Assembly (NCBI GenBank): GCA_002633005.1
Contig: NMRA01000137.1
Span: 434,001-498,000, forward strand
Direction of reading: 5' to 3'
From: Phoronis australis
Taxonomy: Eukaryota; Animalia; Phoronida
Length of the DNA stretch: 64,000 bases
Shown here: one piece after another, positions 53,501-64,000 of the stretch
Layout of the letters: each line of letters starts with the position of its first letter
Numbering within the stretch: position 1 is the first letter of the stretch
Translations under genes and position numbers: made by a program
The notes under the pieces: generated by a model
What the model was told of the DNA's origin: nothing
What the model saw: only the letters and a program-made list of their open reading frames with translations
Database searches by the model: none

Positions 53501-56500
53501 GCCTTAGTGAAACAAAACCGGAGCACGTTTAGAAATATGCTGGCCAAATTGCGGCGGTGAACATATATAGTCACATTAAGTCAATCTAAATGCTAAATGA
53601 TTCATGCAGTCCTGTTCTATATTACAATAGTGTAAATACAATACATGTTTGATGTATTAACCCGATGCGAACGCAGGAGGCTGAAGCAATGAATAGGTCA
53701 ATGCTAAATTTGCTGACAATTCACAATCGGTATACAGGCTGCATTCGCAAATCCGTGTGATGAAAGATTACTCTTTGTTGACACAGAAAAGGGTTTACAA
53801 CAACTGACTGCGAACGATTGACTACCGCTCAGTCATATCAGGCTTACATACTCTCGCTGAGTCGCAAGTTGAAGGTCGTATCGTAGGCAAGGGTGAGCAT
53901 CGGCACTTGCCTTCAAAAGGCGAAGACCGTGTTTTTGCAGGCACTAATATAATAAAATAAATGATTGAACAGCTCTGAAGAAGACGATGCGAATCCCTAG
54001 TCCGTACCTTCCCCCGTGAGTGTTGTCACCACGGCAGTCGGGTCTCTGACTGACAAAAAAGGCAAAACAATTACCCTTCCAGTGTTGACTTACTACTGAT
54101 CATGTTGATCCCGGTATAGTTTATTGATACTATACCCTGTTTGCAATTTTAGCTGCAGCAAGTGAAGCCCATTAACCAATCGAACGACCACACACAACGC
54201 CTAGCTATAACCAGGAAAGCGTGACAATATCTTCACAAGTCATTTTTAATTCTGCTGCGACTTGCTTTACAAAAACCTTGCCCTTAAATTATAATCTTGT
54301 ACCCCGGACTTGAGAATCCCCACAAGCAAATTTCAGTGCTGTGCGTGTGGTCAACCCAGAAAATCAAATAACCAGGTGATACCTAGAAACGTGCTTCGAC
54401 GTGTGCTGTACAAACAAATGCAAATATGAAACACACTCGTTCTCAAAGTAGCTTTATAATTTTTTCTCACACAAACTCACCCCAATCTTCCGTACCGTGA
54501 CACATCTATTTCCAAACTGGGTCACTAGGTCATGTCAATACGAAAAGGTTGAGCTATATCGTTGGCCGAGTAGCTCCTAGTGTCTTTCATAAATAAAGTA
54601 CGTAAATTAAGAGCCTAACGACATTTCGACGTAATCCTCCACTGGGTAACGTTCTGTGTGTTGAAATTAGCTTATTCTGCTCACAAATGCTTCATCAGCT
54701 CGCAACATTGTTTATTCAACGCTCATACAAGGAACTGGATCTCAAAGAACTTACGACCGCTTGGCGTTCTCCGCGTTACTCTGCTGCTAAAGTTGTGGTG
54801 CGATCTTTTGCGTCGGCTTTCGGCCCCATGATCGGGTCACTTATTGGTCAGTTTCTTTTTCCGCAATTCTTCAATCAACTGTTCTTTTTTTACGGCGAGG
54901 TCGCGTGCATGTCACAACGAATTACTGGAACTGGTTTCATTTTGTTACAAGTTTTTAGTATTGTAATACCAACAATCCGAATTTCAAATTTTGCAGCAGT
55001 GATCAGCCAAAAAAAGAATGTGAACCCGTTGAGTTCAAGAATTCCGATTCCAATTTCGGTGAGGACTTGAAGTAGACTTTTTGAGGGCAGGAACGGTGAA
55101 ATTGATCACCGATGCGGCTTTTTAGATTGAATAATTCTCGCGGTCCATTTCAAAATCCGGAAATTTTTAAACATTTATTATCAATAAGTAGCATTACAAT
55201 GTAAATCGCAATGAACACAAACACGCATACACCCATTCAATGGTAGCTTGATTTTCAAAATATATATCTCTCGGTGATATTATACTGTTTTAAGATATTA
55301 ACAATAGCATGAATAGATGGTAAAGCGCCCACCCCCCAATCTTTGACTATATATGTGATATTTCGCTAGAATCAAAATTAAGTTTGTTCACGAATACGTG
55401 TTGTTGATTCCAAACAGAGCATTAGCTTTCATCGCTATCACTGAAGTAAAATTCAAAAATATCTTCCCTGAAGGTTCTGTTGTAGTTACAATGTACAAAT
55501 AAGTGCACTAAAGTTTCTGAGGCTTTATTACAAAATGTACAAGCAGAAGAATCCGAGACGCCTATTTTATAAAGATATGAATTGGTACATAATATTCTAT
55601 GAACTGGTCGATACTAAAACCATCACAATTTAACATCTAGAGATGCAATCTTTCCATTCAAAAGCTTGTCAATCCATAATCTATCTTAAAAACGAGATTA
55701 AATTGTCACACTACTAAGTACAACTTGTATATCTGTCGCATTCGGACAAAGTTAATTCAAAAGAATAGAGAGAAGGAACTGTGAATTCACACATCAACGC
55801 GTAAAAACGCCAGTCGACTAATACCACATAAAAAACACAAAAAACAACCGTGATGTGTAACACTTACAAGCCGAATAATAAGTATACTGCAGGAGAAGTA
55901 GAAATTCCCATGCCAAAACGTATTACGTAAACAGGCTTTCCTGGAGTTTACTCACAGTGTGTAAATCCTTTGTCGTAACAAGGACAAAAGACATTGACAA
56001 TGCATTTGTGCACCACAGCAATTGAAATTTGCTTATCAACACTATCACGTGGTATCAAAAGGTATACCTGCAACTATCCCGTGGTTCTTGTCACCAGAAA
56101 TAGGTATGAACAGAAACACCCTCTGAGCTAATGGCTTACTGTATGTAAACATAGATATTACAGTACACTCAAACCCTTCATCTCATTCACCTGCTAAGTT
56201 TTAACTTGTCCGTCATTAGTGCAAAAGTCACCTATTTGCAGAAGTTTTTGTTTTCACATTTACAAGTAATCAATGAATACAACAGCACTTTGTTTAGCGC
56301 AGATTAAGCTAAAATACCATTACCGTTTAGTCCCTGCTATGCATTAGCATACAGCTCTAGCTACAGGGTGTTCCATTGAAACTGGCTCACATAGCCCGCA
56401 ATCTGCACTCTTGCTCACTTCGGTGATTTGTGGCGGATCATTTTAGCCACAAAACTCGTTCTTAAAAACATTTGGCAATTTTCAACCAAGACAAGACATA

Positions 56501-57974
56501 GGCGTGCCCACTGACACAGCGCCACCTATACTGAAAAGTGGACCTGTGGAAAAATGATGAACGATACAGGAAATTCCGTGTGCGGTCATCAAAGGGCATG
56601 CCTTGGTCGGAGTATACCGATCACCTGAGCCCGCCTTTGGGCGCCAAAAACAGATTTAGACCACTTTTGTAAAATTGAGCCTAAATTGTTCCTTACTCAG
56701 ACAAGGAATGGTTTCTGGGTTGTGGGAAAAAGTCTGAGATCGTTACATGTATTGAAAGCATACCCTAGCATGTCGTGTTCTCAAAGGATTACGGTTCACG
56801 TCAGTTTTCTTACTTTTTCTTAAAACTGGCTAAGAATGAGAAACCTGCAAGGTCAGACCCGCAAAATGTCGAGAAAACTTTCAACAGCTAGCTTGTCATA
56901 TTTTAGCCAAGCGTGTATCCGAAATTACTGATCGCGTATGAACCTGAGAAACTGTCGCCCGCAACGCACATGCGCATTCGCGCATGGAACCGCTTAGTAC
57001 GCCATGTGATTTGTCAAAATCCAGTTAAAAATGTACATTTGTACTTACCGTCTGTACTTACTGTTTACGATGTTCTACATTTGAGTGAACGATTGTGCGT
57101 ATGTCTGTGTACTACAAAGCCTCGAGCAGAGGAAAACACGCTGCAATAGCATATATTATGACCCGCGTAACGTGATAAGCTAGCACGCATTATCTATTTT
57201 GCTCAAGGTTGGGGGTAGGCTGGTGCTTGCTGACGATTAAAATCCAATAAAATCGCGATCGTATCAGTTTCAGCCGACGATATTCACCGCGGGATTCACC
57301 ACTGCACTGCACCTATCGCATTCCCGCATGCCTTGGCGATGCGTAGAACTGATCGAGAAGAGCTTATATTAGGGGAAGGGGTTAGGACTAGGTGAGGGTA
57401 GACGCTTGTTGTCACGGAAAGCCCGAGAAGAGTCAAGTCAGGTGGTTCACCTTGATCATGATCTAGAAACAAAAATTACCTCAATCACACAAGAATCGGG
57501 ACAATAACATATGTCGAACACACCTATCATCTCTGTAATTCACGTGTTGACGGATTTGGAGGCTTCATTGATGTGACATACAAGTACAATGTTACTGGAA
57601 TTAATAAAACTCTTAATATGCAACTCACCTTGTTTACTCGGCTAAAAAGGTTTCAGAATCATCAGTGACTCCAGAAAATGCGTTGCACTTATTGTGGCTG
57701 AACAAACCCAGAATCGCGAATTTGAAAATGACTCGTATGCGCCATGCTGTATTCAGATCGAGGACTCTCCCGTAGTGCGATCCCGTGCCACTTTGAGGGT
57801 GTACAATTAAGTCAATGAATCTTGGACCTTTCCTGACCCTCACGATAGTAACTTTATTTTAGAAAAAAATATAAATTGACTTCCAACTTCATACTTGCAA
57901 AGATATTGTGATATGACATGCTCTGCCAAGTGTCAAGTGAAGACCAGCCTTCAGTAGGCCTACATGTATGCCTG

Positions 57975-58808
57975 TGTCAGAAGTTGACTGTGGATTTGTT
58001 TAAAAGGAAGATATGCTTAGAGATTGTGCATAGATGGAGAGAGAATGGTTAAATCCAGTGTTTAATTTATTATGTGATAACCATTAATTAAAAGAAGTGA
58101 ATCATGTTGTTACTTAAGTAATCTAACAATGAAGAAATGTAACAACGCTAGCGCCCTCTGTAAGGATTACTTAAATCAATTAACTATAAATAACCAAACG
58201 TCTTATCTGCTATCCAAGCTGTTGGATGACGGCCCTGTTGGTGAATCTTCGAATTAAACACACACTGCACTGCAACAGAGTACTTCTTGCTGATCACAGT
58301 CTTTCGTGACGCAACTCTTGCAGGCAATAACTTCTACCCACGATTCCTCTTGCTGCTCACAGTCTCTTGTGACGCAACACTTGTAGGCAGTATCTGACTA
58401 CCCAGGATGGTCTTAGTTAACTTCCTGTTCGTTAACCCTTGCACTTTCCAAGATTTTCTTTAGAATCTTCCACGAGATGGCTCTGTTGGACAATTTCTTC
58501 TGTACACTGTAGCAAGTTTTCTGGCTTCAACTACAATATCCCAACTGAGTATTTTGCAAACTTCTGCCCAAATTATAATAATGTACTTACTTAACGACTG
58601 GTTAATAAAAACCACATGATCTCATCTAATTATATCATTGGTTGTTACGATTTGCTCTCAGAATTTTCTAGAATCCTTAGAGAGTAATAAACATCATCTA
58701 AAAATAGATCTTGACGTCATAAATACATGTAAACAAGTTTGATCCCATGGTTTAAAAGTGCATATGCACGAATTTTGGAACTATCTGTACTAATTTCTTA
58801 TTCTGACA
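57975..58808 (-). mobile_element. Probable solo LTR
   Basis: tgtcagaa...ttctgaca termini (TG..CA, 8-bp inverted repeat), 834 bp, AATAAA on the minus strand at ~58066-58071, internal 63-bp tandem duplication. No clean TSD. Confidence 0.5.
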
Positions 58809-60097
58809 GATGTCTAGGTTTCCAACAGTTTTACAAACAAGCCTTATCAAGTTTGGATTAGAAAGCTCACCACTCAAAACATCGTGATTTCAGTTAAGTA
58901 CTTACTATTTGTAAATAAAAGAAATGTAATGCATATTCATGCTAAATAGTGGCTCGCTATTGGACAAAATAGTAAATTATTTATAAATAAGAATTTGTAA
59001 TGTATTTAGACATGATAGTCTACGGGAAACCTATGTATTTGTGGACGAAAGAATTACCTGGTTGTGTTTTTGGATATCACGCCAAGGCCCGGTGTCTTTT
59101 TGTACTCAAAATCGAACGTGAATTTTGTTTTTTGACATTTTCCGCCCTGCCGTGCATGTATGAGCTCTAGATAAGCGTCTAGTATTCTATGCTCCATTAC
59201 ATTATGGTTTACGCAAATAGGTTTCTGGTCCAAGCTTGAGCTTGAGGATTCAATTGACCTGCGATCTCGAGTGAATACTGAACCTTAAAATTACACACAT
59301 TTGTCTTCGTCAAAGTGAGCTTGCGAGTACGTCGATACCTGCAGCACGTAGTTTAGCTTCAGATGGTCTTTGCATCGCAAACACGGTGACCTATATATGT
59401 AATGCCCAACCTGCGCAGTTTGCCACGCTTTTGTTTTTGGACATCGTACCGAAATTCTAAAATAGCGAATTTGTCAGGCTAAGACAGCTTGCGAGTAAAG
59501 CAATGACTTGAAAGTTATGTGGTTCAACAGAAAGGTCGACGGTCATTTGTGTACAGTAATTGTGATCACCTTAAAATGTTTTTATGCTTCAGTTGGTCAT
59601 TAAATCACTTTAAAGATAAAATAAGAATGCATTTTGTGTACAAGTCAAAACGCTGAAATTAGATACCTGTAAAATCTATTTGGTAAATATCAATAAACTG
59701 ATAAATAAAATTCAAACTGTAAAGAAATTGATATCGTTGATCGGAAGCATTGGGTTTTTGAAAGGATTTAATTTATTAATCAAATTAGACATGTTTTCAA
59801 GCAACCCATGTAAATTTCATGTTTTTGCCAGATGTGCCCCTGTTTACCCAGCTAAAGACTAAGAGGAAGAACTGGATTGGTCACCCGGACGTTTTTGGAG
59901 AACTTAATACTGAAATAATAAGGTAAAAATCAGAGATAAATTCAATCTGTCCAATCGCCTTCAATGCAATTTTTTACGTTTTACTTAATGGGAAAGCAGT
60001 TTTACGCCGTCCCTCAATGAGTTCTGAAACATGTTCACGCGACACGCTACAAAAACGTGCGATTAGTTTGATATGCGAAAAAGAAAATGGAGACGGT

Positions 60098-60176
60098 ATG
60101 ACAGAATATCTTGTTTTAGGCATTGCCCTTGCGACGGCTATTCACGAATGCCATGGTTGGAAAAGAAAGGAGACGA
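60098..60176 (+). CDS. Putative small secreted protein, exon 1 (signal peptide)
   Basis: MTEYLVLGIALATAIHECHGWKRKET followed by a strong donor a|gtaagt in phase 1. The ATG is uncertain; tttag at 60115-60119 could instead be an acceptor for an upstream exon. Confidence 0.55.
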
Positions 60177-60766
60177 GTAAGTTATGCGACAGGAGGCGAA
60201 AACGTTGCTGGTTTCATAGGCGTACCCTCCGCCCTCCACTCCACGGATTATTGTAGAAAAACTTGCCGTTGGAAGTCCGCGCAGTGAAAGTGTAGAATCA
60301 AGTGCCAAACAATACTCAATACTGTTCGTCAAATATGAACCTGAAATTAAAATCGCTTGAACACATTTATTTCCAGAATTAATACGGCGAATAAAATCAA
60401 GCCCTTCAAAAGTACTTCTTTACTCGAAGATTCGACTGTTTATTATTCTCTTGTCACTTTGCAATTTGTAGGTTTTAATCTACTGTAGGCCTACCGGTAT
60501 TCACTGGACTCATTGTGTCAGTATATGACGTTATTAGGTCAATAACTGAGCTCACAAGATGGCAAACGATTTGATTTGTTGTTAGAGGAAGGTAAAAAGA
60601 AGGGAAATCTAACGAGTAATACCGCTTGCAGTTTTCTAAATGTGTTAGGAGAATTTGATTGTGTTCTTACTAATACACCAAGCTTTGGTGCAAAGCTGAA
60701 TACTAAATTTACCGGTATATCACTCAACCGTACCTAAGTATCGTGACGTGGTGTTGGGGGCTACAT

Positions 60767-61625
60767 TGCCCGGTTGCATGAAACAGTCCGTAAATTTTAG
60801 GGATGTCCTTAAGTCTTAGGGACGGCCCTAAATTTTAGGGACTGTTGCGTGAAATAAATCCCAGGTAGTTTAGGCATTAAATAGAGACTCAACTTTTGGG
60901 TTTACCGAAAGTTAGTCCCTAAGTTGAATCCCTAGAAATAAAATGGCTGACCAAGTTCATGTTCATGATGGTACAAGAATTTTCCGTGACAGAACTAACC
61001 CGCTATGAGATACAGTGAGCAAAACGAAAGATTTAAGATTTTCAAGAGCTGGGATATTCATGATAGTAAGAGAACTTGAAGAGAAGCAGGAGTTGTCGAA
61101 CAGGAAAGACGTGATCTCACCCACTGAAGCAGTAGTTCCGTGGAAAATTGAGTTTATCGATTACTGTAGTGCCAAGACTTAACCCATTTCTCACTTAATT
61201 CCTCGAGTAGACAACTTCAACAGCGCGTTGGGAAGTGCAGCGTCTCCTACCGGAGATTCTGGTATTTTCACCAGTTCGCCACGACTTACTGTTTTTTACA
61301 TTACCATGGGTGGCCAAAATCGATCGCATGTTCTCTCAACAGCAGTATAAAACTCGAATTATCAGATAACGCACATTGACTGTGCATTCTGTGCGACAGG
61401 TATTCTCTCGTTCACAATAATTTTCGCCATATTAAGCGACCTTAGCCACGGCGATCATCGGGATTGTTCGGCATTGAGAACTTACTTCGGATTTAGGAAG
61501 CTCCCAATAAGGATCGAGTGTAGGACCACTTCATGCAACAATCCTTAAACAAAATCTTTTTAGGGACTTACCTAACTAGTTTGGGAACTTGGTTAAGTTA
61601 AGGGACTATTTCATGTAATCGGGCA
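60767..61625. mobile_element. PIF/Harbinger-like non-autonomous element in the intron of the putative secreted-protein gene
   Basis: TIR tgcccggttgcatgaaacagtcc / ggactatttcatgtaatcgggca, 3-bp flanking repeat cat, subterminal ttagggac repeats. The same TIR occurs at 9546-9569 and related sequence at ~8310-8550. Confidence 0.7.
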
Positions 61626-61863
61626 CATGAGCCCCCCTCCCCGCATTAGTGCAGAGGTCATCTATTTGCAGATTTTTTTTCAGTTGCCAGAAAATACAAT
61701 TGCACTTTGTTTAGAACAGATTATGTTTAAATACCATTGTCGTTTATTTCCTGCTATATATGAGCATAGTTAGAAGCTTGCAAATACATTTTTAAGGTTT
61801 TGGCCCTCAATGAACCTATTCTTCTCTTGGAATGACATTTGGTCAACGTCTTATTTCTTTCAG

Positions 61864-62129
61864 TCAAGTTCGGCATAGGTTGCCCAAGAGACAACACCGT
61901 CAGAGTTGACGTGTTGTACACCGTGTCGTATCATCACCAAGTCACAACACTCCTCGGGAACTCGTGCAAGTATGCGTTCAGCTACTCGCCACAGGGATCC
62001 GATCCGGAGGACGCAACCATGGAAGTGACACTGAAGAAACTCACAATCAGCCAAGAAAGCATAACTCTGAAATTGATCGATGTAGATGGTGACAGTGTGC
62101 GTACGACTTGGGATCTTGAAATTCATTAG
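61864..62129 (+). CDS. Putative small secreted protein, terminal exon
   Basis: Strong acceptor ttatttctttcag. GC-richer, coding-like open frame (I)KFGIGCPRDNTVRVDVLYTVSY...SCKYAFSY...TTWDLEIH*. Phase matches the exon at 60098-60176. Confidence 0.65.
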
Positions 62130-64000
62130 ATATGGCTGGCGGAGGGCTACCAGTACAAATACAGGCATTAGGTTGCCTGGTTACTTGAATAACTGAAATT
62201 TAGTATCTTTACGCCTGGCTCTACGTAAGATTCAGGTCGCGGCATAAACTTTTTATCTAAGGCACTAACGATTTAGTTACTGCAATGTCTAGGCAGTGTA
62301 ACCTATTACACTTTTGACAAAATTCGTTGAACGTACAACACTGTGCAGACAGTCTGGAATATGGCTGTCATTTTAACACTAGTTTCTTTGTGTATCCATG
62401 CCTCTGGTTTGGCTGCGAACGACCACCGAAGATACAGAGTGCTCAAGCGATTAATATTGAAAATTGTTAATTGCGAACATGCTTTTGTGTTCAACAAATT
62501 TTGTCTGCAGGAGGCGCTGCTTCTAATGACGCTCTTATTTTACGTTTGACATATGGAAATAAGGGTATAATGCAATTTTGGAAGGGCAAATATGCCGGAG
62601 ATGTACGACACGATACTAGTGGTTTATAGCCGTTTTGACATTTAGAATGAAAAAAGTGTTTAGTTAAAAACTAGAGTCATTTACAAGTAACCTTATGAAT
62701 GTCTTACTTAAAAACCAAACCATGTTTAGAAACGCTTGACGCAATAACACCAAAACATGATGAGTATTAGTGTGGGCGATAGAATAACGCGTCAGCTTCG
62801 TTTAAAACGTTTTATTCTTGAAGAGACGGTTATCTACAAACGATAAATACAGTTTGTCAAACGACGGAACCAAACAATGTTCTCAGACCGTTACCAAATA
62901 GTCAAAACGGCTACCAGACGGGACTCGAACCCGCATAAGACAAAACCACCACAAAGCAGCCGTTACAGTTCAACAATTAAACAACTAGGCATACAATATC
63001 CAGCAGACCTACATGAATAGACTAAACGTAAAGCTTTAACAGAATTACATGTACGTACTGGAGTTTTCCGCGTGGCCCAGCCAATAATCTCTCTACAGTG
63101 CATCACAACATGTTGAAACCAATATTCGAAAATGAGCGCTGTAAATGACTGCTGAAGCTAAAAACCATCAAAACTGCACTGTGATTGGTTATGTTACGAT
63201 GGTAGCATCTATTTAGCCAATAAATGATTATCTAGGAGCGGGGGTAGACAGCAATTACAATGCACTCTGGAAACGCCCTAAGGTGTACATAGAACGCCTC
63301 TAGTGGACATAAAGTTCCTAAACAAAAGACTAATGCTCCTGAATTAACAATGAGAACTGAGCAAAGCTTTATTACTCGACTAATCCCTTGTTCAGCAGTT
63401 GTGGTATGGTAAGACGGAATCTCTGCCATAAATGTTAAAGGCGAAGGAAACCCTTTCCCATGTCATTTTTTAGCAAAAATTAGGTTTGTTGATTATCCCA
63501 GGCATATTGTTCACTTTATTACAATTTTTGTAGTTTAATTAATTACTCGTCCTCTACTCCGGAAGTGACGTTTTGAGAGGCAAGAATTTCGCGCCAATTT
63601 GGTTCTGCGTTGAGTTTACTGTGAGAATATGTACTAATTTTGTTTTCGTGCTGTTTTTCTAAAATTGTCCTCACCACTTCCAATCGACGAGTATTCTACG
63701 ACACGCCAGATTGTTAGGGAACTCAATTACCTTGGATTTATGGATTGTTTAGTTTGTAGTAACTTGAAAATGGCTGGTGTGGGCGACCAATATCACAGTG
63801 ACAGTAGTGACATGATTTACGGAGACATTGTTTATAGCAGTGGTGACGAGGGATTTTTTCACGGACAGTGAGTGGGTGGGTATATGTTTGAGCCCGAGTA
63901 TAATGAGGCAGAGTACGCACAGGCACAACTGTCCCACTTGCTCGAGTGTCCCGCGACACACTGTCACTGGATGGTGACCTGACCACCCAAACTGCTTACA

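Noticed and set aside
56362-56700. Tc1/mariner-like terminus tacagggtgttcc
   Set aside because: No matching opposite TIR was found, so the element could not be delimited.
62915-62935. Reverse B box (gggactcgaacc)
   Set aside because: No convincing A box or cloverleaf; at most a decayed SINE fragment.

Overview
AT-rich, intron-rich animal (invertebrate-type) genomic DNA with a few short N gaps; not prokaryotic. I assembled three spliced gene models by hand, all with GT-AG boundaries and consistent phases. (1) The 3' eight coding exons of a metabotropic glutamate receptor-like class C GPCR (+, 24421-37116); its N-terminal exon(s) were not found, so 1-24420 is probably one long intron. A conserved glutamate-binding Lys is replaced by Leu. 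(2) A complete six-exon, 284-aa aquaporin (-, 51022-40922), convergent with the receptor, with NPI and NPAA in place of NPA and NPAR. (3) A candidate two-exon, 114-aa secreted protein of unknown family (+, 60098-62129). The non-coding space is full of non-autonomous mobile elements. These include an ~860-bp element in (TA)n that carries a tRNA-like cassette, a long hairpin and an internal inverted copy of its own end-to-end junction; a Helentron/HINE-like element with 11 phased CTCF-like motifs; four MITEs with 5-bp target-site duplications; Harbinger-like MITEs; a SINE; and a probable solo LTR.
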